Source of the DNA: Azolla caroliniana
Taxonomy: Eukaryota; Plantae; Polypodiophyta
Assembly: GCA_043228905.1 (NCBI GenBank)
Contig: JBHGNT010000015.1
Coordinates: 18,476,001 to 18,540,000, forward strand
DNA: 64,000 nt
Direction of reading: 5' to 3'
Below are positions 12,701 to 23,091 of the stretch, piece by piece (the first letter of the stretch is position 1; each line of letters starts with the position of its first letter). Both the position numbers and the translations under genes were made by a program. The notes under the pieces are model-generated. The model searched no databases and was not told where the DNA came from. It saw nothing but the letters and a program-made list of their open reading frames with translations.

Positions 12701-13964
12701 TTCATTACATGGAAGTCTACTTCCTCTATATAAGTATCAATAGAAATTCCTAATGAATGAATCGCCCCGTTAATGTATTGTACTCTTCCATCAGCCAAGT
12801 GCACCGTGTAGGTGTGATCACTTACAGTGGGTTGGATTCCCCATATCTGAATCAAACGATCGTTCACAAAATTGTGTGAGCTTCCCGAATAAAATAAAAA
12901 TTGTACGGGAGATCCATTGATATACCCGTTTGCACGTAGTAAATCATTGGGACCCAATACATAGTGAGGGAAAGAACATTGACAATTACTTAAATGATGT
13001 GTATAGACCTGAAGGACATTAGGAATCTGACCTTTATGGTCTGCAACTTTAGCTTTGTTGTCGTGCTCTTTCCGTTGGAGCTTTCGACATTGATCTTTTG
13101 TATGACCCTTCTTTTTGCAGAATACGCAAAAAGGATGTTGTCGCTTACAATCGCGATCCAGGAATTTGTTGGGTGTCTTGCGTTTCCCAACAAATTGCGA
13201 CTGCTTAGTCCTGGGCGCTTCGTTGGGTTTGTTGTGGTCCTTCTTCAAAGTGCGTTGATAGTGAAGAACTATTTCAACTGCCTCTTCGAAGGATTTTGGA
13301 TCCTTATCGTGCACTATCCAGTGATAGTCTGAATTGGGGATGCCATTGACAAAACAAGTTATCAACCAATTGTCCCCTTCTAGACCCGATTTTTGGATTT
13401 GGGTTCTAGCATGGTGAACATAGTCTTCTAGCGAGGAAAATTTCCTGCTAGAGAGGTTCATTAAAGCTTGTGTTGCCTTGGTTCGAGAGGGAGGTTGCAG
13501 AAATTGGCCCTTAAAAACCGTGACAAAATCTGTCCAGGTATTGGGCAATTTCCCCATAGTACGGAGCCCATGCCACCAGGCGGCGGCCTTACCCCCGAGT
13601 TCTCGGCTGACATATGCAATCTTCATACTATCTGGCGTGGGGTAGAGCTCAAAATGAGACTCCCATCGTCCCAGCATGCCCAAATTGCTTCTTTGGTTCT
13701 TTCCTTTTTGTCTCCCATAAATGGCTTAACGACAAATGATGGTTCACCTTGTCGCTCATCAGGTCTATTAGTCTCACGTTGTAGACTAATGACACGTGCC
13801 TCGAGAGCACTTTGAGATTGCCGAAGTTCGGTCATCTGTTGAGCGGTGAAATTAAGGTATTGGGTTATTTGTGTCAAATACATCTCAGTGGACATTTGTC
13901 CAGGAGGATTCCCTTGAGTTCCTTCCGCTTGAGCGGATGACATCGGATCGTTAATTTGAGCCAT
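9738..13964 (-). pseudogene. Frameshifted gag-pol of the chromovirus (gag, CCHC, PR, RT, RNase H, integrase, chromodomain)
   Basis: CVFCKKKGHTKDQC, FLDDILVYS, ETDASDY, CHDAPSAGHPG..CHQCQ, HPQSDGQTER, EKILDVK..FKIKW..ATWE spread over several ORFs. Confidence 0.92.
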
Positions 13965-15143
13965 TAAAGATTATTTCTGGAAAAGAAATAGCATAAGGTC
14001 AGAGAGATAGTCATAACATCATGTCGTGATGTAAACATATCATGGGCAAACATCAATCGATATCATGATCTCACGTCAATACCCCTCTAGACGTATGAGA
14101 TGAGGTTCAAGATCAGGTGACTATGGTAACACAAAGGTGTTTTAAAAACCATGGGGGTGACAATTTAATGTCTTTCCCTGATCTCTATATCGATTTTTTC
14201 ATGGCGGCTCCCCGAGGCTCAACCATGTATGTTCGCGTCATGAATAGTTTATACACGAAAAAAATGTTAACAATAAACTATGTTTCGGTGCCCACATATG
14301 TGGTTTCGGCTCTTTAAGTCCTATTACGAGGACCCCGAGGTGCACTTAGACCTTAAGTCTAAACATGTGTTATAGTCATATGTATCAAGGATGTTGTATG
14401 GTCTTGGTCATATTTGAACTCGAGACCTCGAGAACAAATACATTAAACACTTGAGCCAACCAAGTAAGTTGCTCTTCTCGAATGCTTAATGTTTGATGCG
14501 TATAAGAGATATGCGAGGAAATTGATCATATATGTTTTTTTTAAAAGAACATATATTTCAAGGGTCCTTATTTCGCCCTCATTTACCAAAACTATGTTGG
14601 TACATTACCTAACCTCAAATCTTGTAATTACGATGGCATACGCCAAATTGCAACCTAATGGTCAAGCCAAATGAGCCTTCGTTTCGTAGTAGGCCCACGT
14701 GGCCCATCACATGGTCACGTCATTACGAATGCCTCTCGTAAGAACGAGCTCATGGTGGCATCGTATCCATGTAACGAGGGAGGGATGTTGGATACGTGTG
14801 TCATTGGAGCGACCTCACTTGAAGTGGGTCAAGCCCTACGTACTCAACATCATTATGGCTATAGGCGTTTCTTTACGTAACGAAATCGAGGTCATCAACG
14901 GGGTTGTCAACAATAAAAAATTGTTGAAAAAGGGATGGTGACAACGCCATTCTCACAAAAATGTGAGGACGGCCACCAACATCCTTTTCCCGACAAGGAC
15001 AACTTTCAATATAATCACGTAATAACAAATATACACATATGTTTACTTATCACATATATACGATCAAATACGTATATACGTGACCACATATGCCTATATT
15101 AACATATCGTTATATTAAATAGCCACAAATGATGTGATCGAGA

Positions 15144-15402
15144 TACGTAATCGAGGTATATACCTCTACGCACCCGAAACATCCACAAATAAGAGATCAT
15201 CGTAATACGAAATTGAGGTATTGACCTCTTACGCATACGAGACCAACCACATATCGTTTACAACAAATCAAGGTATTAAACTCATACGCAAACATAACAT
15301 ATGTTCGTGAACGTAATACGTAATTGAGGAATTAACCTCGTACGCACGACACTCATCACATATTATTAATATGTCAAACGAGGTATTGACCTCGTGCACA
15401 TA
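15144..15402. repeat. Array of five short palindromic repeats with variable spacers in the retrotransposon leader
   Basis: GAGGT-N4-ACCTC core usually followed by TACGCA, period about 53-63 nt. Confidence 0.8.
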
Positions 15403-17435
15403 TGTAAACGTTTTAGATAATCAATTAAAGACCATTACAACATCATTGACTTAATGAAAAAAAATGACATATAAACTAAACACATGATTAGATGGGAGAA
15501 GAGAGAATAGAAAAAAAATTTATGGAAAGAGTTACCGAAGTTCTTTGTTGATCGTTGTCTGGATCAAGGCCGACCGCACATCGATCGATCACCATCAATC
15601 AAAAGACAAATGAAAAACAAAGAAACATTAGTACATAAATCTGATACCAAATATTAGAGATCTAGGTACTAAAGTAAGCTTAAGATAATGATAAAGTAAT
15701 GATAGATAGAAAGGAGAAAGAGAAAGAAGGGTGTCGATCCACCCGACCACCCCCGAGCGAAGGGATCGAGATGGACTCGAGCCTCGATCGGCGTCCCATA
15801 CCACTGCCGTGGCGTCGAGTCGTACCTGGTGCTGGCATGCTCGCTATAAGAGTTGACCCACCACAAGAGCAGAGTCTCGATGTAGTCAAAAGATGATCAA
15901 ATGAGGGTAGCTAGGCCTCTTATTTATAGCGATACCCAAGGCCCCCATGCAAGTTCACACTTGACCTAATGGGTTGTCTCAATCCCGAGGATTAAAAGTA
16001 ATCCTCCCCTTCTTTACACTCTCGTTTAACCCTCACACTTATCCACGTGTATAGAATACTACGGTAAATTCTCACCACGGTGTCGTGTTGTTAAGCGCGT
16101 GCGTGGAGAAAGGCGGGACCACGGGGGTCTTGGACTAGGGAGTGATGGAGCGTAGGAAGTCGTGCTTCACCGTTTCCAGGGGGGATCCCAGAAGAACACC
16201 GGAAGCGACCGAAGGGAGAGAGAGAGAAAGAGAGGGAGCGCGCGCTTGACACCGACTCACGCGCACGCACGCACACACACGCACACACACACAGCTCACG
16301 CCCTCATGTACAGGAAACGCAGGAAAGGGGAAGCACCCGACACCAACAAAACGCAAATGTATATATATAAACAGAAGAATACATTCCCGGCGTCGAGCCG
16401 TTCCAAGGCAGGTTACAGTGGTCGTCAGCTACCAAGCCGCCGTCGGGGAGCTCACGGGCTCGTCGCGCCGAGCGGGGTCTTGCGCAGGAGATGAGCTGAA
16501 GCAAACCCTAAGCGAACATGAAGAAGAAGAAGAAGAAGAAGAAGCTAACTCTAAACCTAACGGTATACCCTCTAATGCAAAATGGGCAACCATTTCACAA
16601 AGGGCGTTGTCGTGAAGAAAACCGTCCGTAGGCGGAATCGGCGCACCAAGGCGTGGGAACCGGTTCTTCACACGCGCACGCTCCAAGTTGTACATAGAAG
16701 CGAATTAGGAGGATAATCGGCAGGAACGGGCCCTAACTCAAGTGGAGACGAAGACCGCGCGAACAGTCTTTTCGGTGGCGCGCGCGAACTGTACGAGTCG
16801 GCGGCGTAACTACGCGGATGCGTGAAAAACGGAGCGGATCCCTGTCCAAAAGGGACAGGGAATAAAGCTGACAGGACGGCCTGCTCGTCGGGCTATATAA
16901 GGAGCAGGAAAGAGCTGTTGCAGACATCTCCCGCGGAGAGGACGAGGTGCTGCCGAACCGATTTCGGAGCCTCTCTCTCACTCCTGCTCTCTCTGTCTTC
17001 TGCTCCATCGCGTACCTGTGCAGTTTTCGAGGAGGCTTGCGCTGTTCCGTGGAACGCCCGAGTGCGTCCTGCAGCACCTCCGACCTGTTTTCCCTTTCTG
17101 TGCGTCGCGACATACAGGGGTCGGCAGCTGTTCGCCGCCCTGTTCGTTTTCGTTAGTATCTATTTCGTGCCCCACCGTGGGTTGTAATACTTTAGTCTGT
17201 TATTTTCTTGCATTCATAAGTACATATCTCTCGTTGTTGCGTCCATCTGTGTCGGCGTTTACTTGTGATCTCTGTTTGTTGGGCCGTGTCCCTGTGCGAT
17301 TGTCGGTTCTGCGCAATCGGATCTTCGGTTCTGTGTAACCGGGTCTCTCTCTTATCTCTCTCTCTTGCTCTTCGGTTCGAGACCCCCGTGGTCCCTCCTC
17401 CTTTCTACACGCAAGGGCGTAGCAACCCGACATCT

Positions 17436-17452
17436 TGGTGAACCCGACGTGA
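17436..17452 (+). promoter_or_regulatory. Primer-binding site complementary to the tRNA-Trp 3' end
   Basis: TGGTGAACCCGACGTGA is the reverse complement of TCACGTCGGGTTCA-CCA, the 3' end of plant cytosolic tRNA-Trp as I recall it. Confidence 0.85.
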
Positions 17453-17475
17453 AAGAGGCGGCAGAAGAGTAGGAA

Positions 17476-20400
17476 ATGAAGGGGGCGGATCTTGCAGAGG
17501 CCATGGCTTCGGCCGTGGATCGGATAGTAAGCGCGCGCGAGGGCACCGGCGCCCTCGATAGAGCTATCGAGGCGGTCGTCGGAACGATCGGTCGATTCAC
17601 CGGAAAAGATGCCACGAAGTACCTGGCGTCCTACGGTGCGGAAATGTTAATGCGGGACATTCCGGAAGACAGGCGCCTTGCCGGTTTTCCCCGAGTGGCG
17701 ATGCCGAGCATCCACGCGGAGGTGCTCGAGGTGCGGACGGAGAGCTGTACCTGGGAGGAGTTCGAAGGTCGGCTCCTAGAGAAATACGGGCTGGACGACG
17801 CGCTCCGGCTTTCGAAGCGAAGGTTCATGGAATGGGTGGAGTCCCCGGGGAAGGGAAGAAACGCGTCGGCGCTCCTCCGGGGGTTCGAGGAAAACTTTGC
17901 GCGCCTTTCGGCGCTCGACCGAACCATCCTGGACACGAGCCGGGTCTTGCTGTTTGTCAAGTCGGTCGACGAGCGGGATCGGGAGCAAGTGGGCCTCTTG
18001 CTGGAGACCGAAGACGGGCTCACTACCGACTGGGCGGCTGTCAGGAAGGTCTGTGGCCGTTTCGACAAACGGCGAGAATGGGCGGACAACGGGGCGACCG
18101 GGTCGGGCTCGGTCGCAGCAAGGAAGCTCGAACCAGCGCCAGAGGTGCGCAAGGAAGAGACCCGGGAGTGGTTGGAAACCGGTTCGGCTTCGACCGGCGT
18201 AGTCAGAGGCTCAACCGGAGGAGCGGCGCTGGAGGAATTGACGAAGGCGATAAAGGACCTCCAAATCGCGCAGGCCCGAAGGGAAGGAGGCGAACCGGCT
18301 CGTGACCGACGGCCGGCGGCAGGAAACAGGTGCATGTGGTGCGATGAAGTCGGCCACATTCGGAAGGACTGCGGCGACTTCGCGGAGGCACTGAGGAACA
18401 GGGTGGTATACCTGTGGGAAGGACGGGTGCATGCCAGCGACACCCGAAGGGCCCTGAGCCGAAACGACGGGCGAGGTGGTATGAAAAGGTTAATGGAAGA
18501 GGCGGCGGCCCGACACGCGGAAACCGTCCACTACTCGGCGTCGGCCGGCATTCGAGTCGGGGGCGGCGAGGCCCGAAAGGAAAGCAAAGCCGGATTCTGG
18601 CCGACGATGCTGGAAGGCCTTGCCGGTGCAGGGCTTAAAAGGGAGGAATCGGACCGTGCGGAGAAACGGGTACGGGAGATGACCGGGTGGAGCGACCCGG
18701 TCGAGGAAAAGACGGGCTTCGTGGAAGCCGCTTGCCGGAACTACGAGGCTCTGGTAGAAGAGAAGCGGGTGGGGAAACCCGGGACGACCAGGCCCCCACA
18801 ACGATACGAGACCCGATCCGGGCCAGGACGGGACGAAGCCGGCGGGGCCGGTACGCAAGATAAACCCCAGAGGGGCGGGTACCGTCTGGGGACGGAGATA
18901 GAAAGAACCACGGACTTACGAAAGGTCCTGGAGGAACGGATCCTCGACAGCAAGGTGGAGCTGTCGCTGCGAGAGGTGCTGGGAATCGCCAAGAAGGAGT
19001 TCCACGACTCCATCGTGGACTTGGTGAAACGAAAGAGGCTGTCAACGGAGACAGAACCGGAAAGACCGGTGGAAGTGCGGACGACGCACCTGGACGACAT
19101 GGCGCTGGAAGACGAGTGGGCGGAGAGCCACTATTCGCGGCCACACTGGGCCCGAGCGACCACGGAAACCCCGGTAAAGATCGGCGATGTCCAGGAACCG
19201 GTAGTAGCTTTGGTGGACCACGGATCGGAGATCAATTTGATGTCCATGGACTTCTATAAGAAGGGCAAATGGCCGATCAACACCAAGCACGGGTGGAAGA
19301 TAAGGGCGGCGACGCGCGCCACCGAGGAGCTTCACGGGGCCTGCCCGAATGTAAGGGTCAAGATCGGCGATGTCGAGATAGACCAGCACTTCTTCGTGCA
19401 GGAGTCATCATCGCACCCCGTCATACTGGGAGAGCCGTACATCACGGCGGCTCGAATGGAGACCAAGGTGCTGGACAACGGTTCGGCCTATGCGCGGGTC
19501 AAGAGCCAGGACGGGCGCCATTCGGTCCAGTTTTTGACGGTTAGGCCGAACCACGAGCGTAACCGCGACTCCCTCGGTTCCGATAACCGAGAGGATTTTT
19601 TAGAGAGGGCTGCCAAGGCGTGGGGCCGCGACAGTCCGGACACCCCGGGAAAACCCCACACCGGTACGATAAAACCGAAGAAACTTTGTACCATAGGTAG
19701 GGAATTTTGGTTCTCCGACAGCGGAGCGTGTACGATAGTCGGCATCGGCGGCCGAGAGAAGACAAAGGCGGAGGGGAGACTTCGAGCGTGCGGAGTTCTC
19801 GGCCCGGACGAGGAAATCAACGGAGCCGTGGAGGCGGTCTCGTTCGACGACACCTTGGGAATGCTGGGAAAGGTAATCGAACAAGGCCTTAACGAAGACC
19901 GGGCGATACCGGTGTGTTCCGAGGAAATGCACGAAGTCATCGCGGACTTCGGTCGAGGGCTCGAGTCAGTTCGGACGGCCCGCGTAAGCACCAAGTACAA
20001 GACTGTGGACCGGAAGGTAAGGCCAGTCGCGGCACCCTTGCCGGAGGACAGCGCGTCGAGAATCAAAGGGGTTGCATCGGACCCTAGTCTACGAGATCCG
20101 GCCTGCATAGGGCACACCTTTACCGACGAGACGCTCCGAGAGCTCAAAATCGGTGGGGGCGAGTTCCTGCTGCCGGCGGAGGAAGACCGGTTTCGGAGAA
20201 TGCTCGGAAGGCACGGGAAAGCCTTCGCATTCTCGCCGGAGGAAATCGGGTGCGTTGACCCGACGATCGTGGAACCGATGGTGATATTCACGGTACCGCA
20301 TGTACCATGGAATCTCAAGCCAATCCCGGTTCCGAGAGCTCACATCCCGAAGCTGATGGAGCTGCTGAGGCAGAAAGTTGATATGGGAATTCTCGAGCCG

Positions 20401-23091
20401 TCGAGCGCCCCATATTCGAATCGATGGTTTACCGTACCGAAGAAAAACGGTTCGTTGCGCTTCATCCAGGACCTGCAGCCGGTCAATCGAGTGACCATTC
20501 GGAACGCAGGGATCGGACCGACCATAGACGAGTTCGCGGAGGCCTTCGCCGGAAGGTCAATTTACTCGGTCGGGGATCTATACTCAGGGTACGATCAGTT
20601 CCAGCTAGCCGTGGAGAGCAGAGACATTACGACGATGCGAACTCCCCTCGGCCTAGTTCGGATGTGTACGCTGCCGCAAGGAGGGACCAACTCGGTGGCC
20701 CACATGGTGAATGCGATGAACAAGGTTCTGAGGGACTGTATCCCGGACATCACCATGCCGTTTCTGGACGACATCCCGATCAAGGGATGCCCGGTGGAAG
20801 AAAGGGACGAGACGATCGGGCCGGACGGATGCCGGCGATTCGTGGCGACGCACATCGGCGACTGCGAGAGGGTGCTGCAAAGGCTAGAGGATGCGAGACT
20901 CACCTTCTCCGGGGAGAAGTCGGCCTTCGGGCAGTCAGAAATCATGGTGGTCGGACACCTGTGCGGACCATATGGCCGGAAACCGTCGCCGGCAAAGGTG
21001 GAAGCCATCTCCGCGATGAAGCCCGACTGCAGCTCGGTCACGGAAGTACGGAGATTCCTGGGGGCATGCGCGTTCTACCATATATGGATCCCGCATTACG
21101 CACACGTCGCGGAGCCACTGTACGGGTTGCTGAAAAAGGGGCGAAGGTTCGAATGGCTAGACGAGCACGCGGAATCGGTCCGGAAGCTGAAAGAGGCCCT
21201 TGCAGCGGCACCGGCACTCCGGAAGGCGGTATACGGGAAGGGTACCCCAGTATTCATAACGGTGGATACCAGTCCGACCGGGATCGGATGGGTCGTGAAC
21301 CAGGAAGACGAGGACGGCAATCGGTTTCCGATCCGATTCGGCGCGAAGGTCCTCAGTGAACGGCAGCGAGGATACGCCCAGGTTAAACGCGAACTCTGGG
21401 GTATTGTTTCGGCGGTTAAGGCCGACAAAGACTACCTGATAGGGACGGAAGTGATCATCGAGACGGATTGCCTGCCGATTCTCGGTATGGTTTCCGGATG
21501 CGCGACTCCGGACCTGGCGATGCTCAGGTGGATAGCGTACATCAAGTCCCTGGACCCGGAAATACGACACATTTCCGGGAAAGACAACGCCATGGCCGAC
21601 ATGCTGTCGAGGGCGAGGTTCGACGACGAGGGCGGCATGGTTTCGGAAGACGAAGAAGTCGGCGTGGATTTCTTCGAGGCGGCATACATAACGACCGACG
21701 GGATGAGCACTCCGGCGCTTAACGAGTTCGACGCGAGCAAGTACGACGGGGAGTGGCTACAGATCGGCGGGTTTTTGAAGACAATGACGCCCGATGCGTC
21801 ATGGACGAAGGACGAGGCCAACCGGATCCGGAAGAAAGCATATCGATTCCTTCTCCGAGATGGGCATTTGTGGAGGCACCCGAAGAAGAGGAACGGCGTC
21901 CCGCTCCGGGTGGTGGCGATGAAGGAAGAACGGGAGGAGCTACTGGCGGCCTACCACGACAGCCCTTGGGCTGGACACCGTGGAACGTGGGCGACGTTTG
22001 AGAAGCTGAAGGGGAAGTACTGGTGGCCGGGATTGTACCGGGACGTGCATCGGTTCGTGTCAACTTGCGAGAGTTGCCAGATGCACTCGATAGTCCGACA
22101 CCGGGACGGGCTTCACCCTACGTACCCTCCGACTATCCACTTCAAATGGATGGTAGATCTGGTGACAATGCCGATCGGGGTAGGACAGATGCGGTATCTG
22201 GTCCTAGCGCGGGAAGACCTGACGAACCAGGTGGAAGGCCGAGCCCTTCAGAACAAGACGACCGCGGCCGTGTGTCGGTTCCTGATTGAGGACGTGATAT
22301 GCCGGTACGGGTGCGTCGGGAAGATCGTGGCTGACCGAGGGGAGTTGGACGCCGAGGAAGCCGCGGAGCTGTTCGATAGGCTGGGAGTCAAACTCTCGCT
22401 CACCACTGCGTACAACCCGGAGGCGAATGGAAAGGTGGAGCGCGGACATGGACCGATCGTTAAGGCGCTGGTTCGGGCATGCGAAGGCCAAGTCGGTAAC
22501 TGGCCGCGACTTCTACCTTATGCTTTGTGGGCCGACCGGACTACGCACAGTTCGGTAACCGGGTACATGCCGACAGAGCTCATGTTCGGCCAGAAGCCGA
22601 TCATGCCGATGGAACGAACAATCTCCTCATGGGCAACGGTCGACTGGAGGAACGAGATGAGCCGGGAGGACTTGTTGGCAGCGCGTATACGACAACTCGA
22701 ACGGAGACCGGAGGACGTGGAGACGGCTGCAGAAAGGATCCGGGTGGCGAGGACAAAGAACAAAGCTCGGTTCGACCGAACGCACCGGCTCCGACCGAAG
22801 AAAATCGAAGAAGGCGACTGGGTACTCGTCTACGATAGCAGCCTCGACAACCAGCACCGAGCAACGCGGAAGTTCGCACGGAGATGGTTCGGGCCATACA
22901 CGGTACAGAGCGCCAACGACAACGGAACGTATCATCTGGCGGAACTCGACGGTACGAGAATAGCGATACCTGTGGCCGGGAAGAGGATCAAAGCTTTCAA
23001 GAAGCGGCACGACGACGAACCCGACCCGATTCTCCTAGACAGCAGCGACGACCGATCCGAGGCCGAGGAAGGGCCGGCAGGCGAAGAGTAA
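17476..23091 (+). CDS. Gag-Pol polyprotein, 1871 aa (gag CCHC, PR, RT, RNase H, integrase; no chromodomain)
   Basis: Uninterrupted ORF; CMWCDEVGHIRKDC, ALVDHGSEIN, PFLDDIPIKG, ITVDTSPTG, HDSPWAGH..CESC, MVDLV/ADRGE/GKVER, WFGPY. Confidence 0.96.
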   Translation: MKGADLAEAMASAVDRIVSAREGTGALDRAIEAVVGTIGRFTGKDATKYLASYGAEMLMRDIPEDRRLAGFPRVAMPSIHAEVLEVRTESCTWEEFEGRLLEKYGLDDALRLSKRRFMEWVESPGKGRNASALLRGFEENFARLSALDRTILDTSRVLLFVKSVDERDREQVGLLLETEDGLTTDWAAVRKVCGRFDKRREWADNGATGSGSVAARKLEPAPEVRKEETREWLETGSASTGVVRGSTGGAALEELTKAIKDLQIAQARREGGEPARDRRPAAGNRCMWCDEVGHIRKDCGDFAEALRNRVVYLWEGRVHASDTRRALSRNDGRGGMKRLMEEAAARHAETVHYSASAGIRVGGGEARKESKAGFWPTMLEGLAGAGLKREESDRAEKRVREMTGWSDPVEEKTGFVEAACRNYEALVEEKRVGKPGTTRPPQRYETRSGPGRDEAGGAGTQDKPQRGGYRLGTEIERTTDLRKVLEERILDSKVELSLREVLGIAKKEFHDSIVDLVKRKRLSTETEPERPVEVRTTHLDDMALEDEWAESHYSRPHWARATTETPVKIGDVQEPVVALVDHGSEINLMSMDFYKKGKWPINTKHGWKIRAATRATEELHGACPNVRVKIGDVEIDQHFFVQESSSHPVILGEPYITAARMETKVLDNGSAYARVKSQDGRHSVQFLTVRPNHERNRDSLGSDNREDFLERAAKAWGRDSPDTPGKPHTGTIKPKKLCTIGREFWFSDSGACTIVGIGGREKTKAEGRLRACGVLGPDEEINGAVEAVSFDDTLGMLGKVIEQGLNEDRAIPVCSEEMHEVIADFGRGLESVRTARVSTKYKTVDRKVRPVAAPLPEDSASRIKGVASDPSLRDPACIGHTFTDETLRELKIGGGEFLLPAEEDRFRRMLGRHGKAFAFSPEEIGCVDPTIVEPMVIFTVPHVPWNLKPIPVPRAHIPKLMELLRQKVDMGILEPSSAPYSNRWFTVPKKNGSLRFIQDLQPVNRVTIRNAGIGPTIDEFAEAFAGRSIYSVGDLYSGYDQFQLAVESRDITTMRTPLGLVRMCTLPQGGTNSVAHMVNAMNKVLRDCIPDITMPFLDDIPIKGCPVEERDETIGPDGCRRFVATHIGDCERVLQRLEDARLTFSGEKSAFGQSEIMVVGHLCGPYGRKPSPAKVEAISAMKPDCSSVTEVRRFLGACAFYHIWIPHYAHVAEPLYGLLKKGRRFEWLDEHAESVRKLKEALAAAPALRKAVYGKGTPVFITVDTSPTGIGWVVNQEDEDGNRFPIRFGAKVLSERQRGYAQVKRELWGIVSAVKADKDYLIGTEVIIETDCLPILGMVSGCATPDLAMLRWIAYIKSLDPEIRHISGKDNAMADMLSRARFDDEGGMVSEDEEVGVDFFEAAYITTDGMSTPALNEFDASKYDGEWLQIGGFLKTMTPDASWTKDEANRIRKKAYRFLLRDGHLWRHPKKRNGVPLRVVAMKEEREELLAAYHDSPWAGHRGTWATFEKLKGKYWWPGLYRDVHRFVSTCESCQMHSIVRHRDGLHPTYPPTIHFKWMVDLVTMPIGVGQMRYLVLAREDLTNQVEGRALQNKTTAAVCRFLIEDVICRYGCVGKIVADRGELDAEEAAELFDRLGVKLSLTTAYNPEANGKVERGHGPIVKALVRACEGQVGNWPRLLPYALWADRTTHSSVTGYMPTELMFGQKPIMPMERTISSWATVDWRNEMSREDLLAARIRQLERRPEDVETAAERIRVARTKNKARFDRTHRLRPKKIEEGDWVLVYDSSLDNQHRATRKFARRWFGPYTVQSANDNGTYHLAELDGTRIAIPVAGKRIKAFKKRHDDEPDPILLDSSDDRSEAEEGPAGEE

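Noticed and set aside
15144-15402. True CRISPR array
   Set aside because: Eukaryotic retrotransposon context, degenerate repeats, partly related spacers and no cas genes. Kept only as a hairpin array.
16733-17338. ORFs duplicated in both LTRs (also 23289-23894)
   Set aside because: Identical only because the LTRs are identical; no coding signature.
17373-17383. B-box match GGTTCGAGACC near the 3' end of the Ylt1-like LTR
   Set aside because: No clear A box, and related LTRs have AGTCCAAGACC at this position, so it is not conserved.
17631-23010. Many antisense and alternate-frame ORFs over the 1871-aa polyprotein
   Set aside because: Expected shadows of GC-rich coding sequence; no recognisable motifs.
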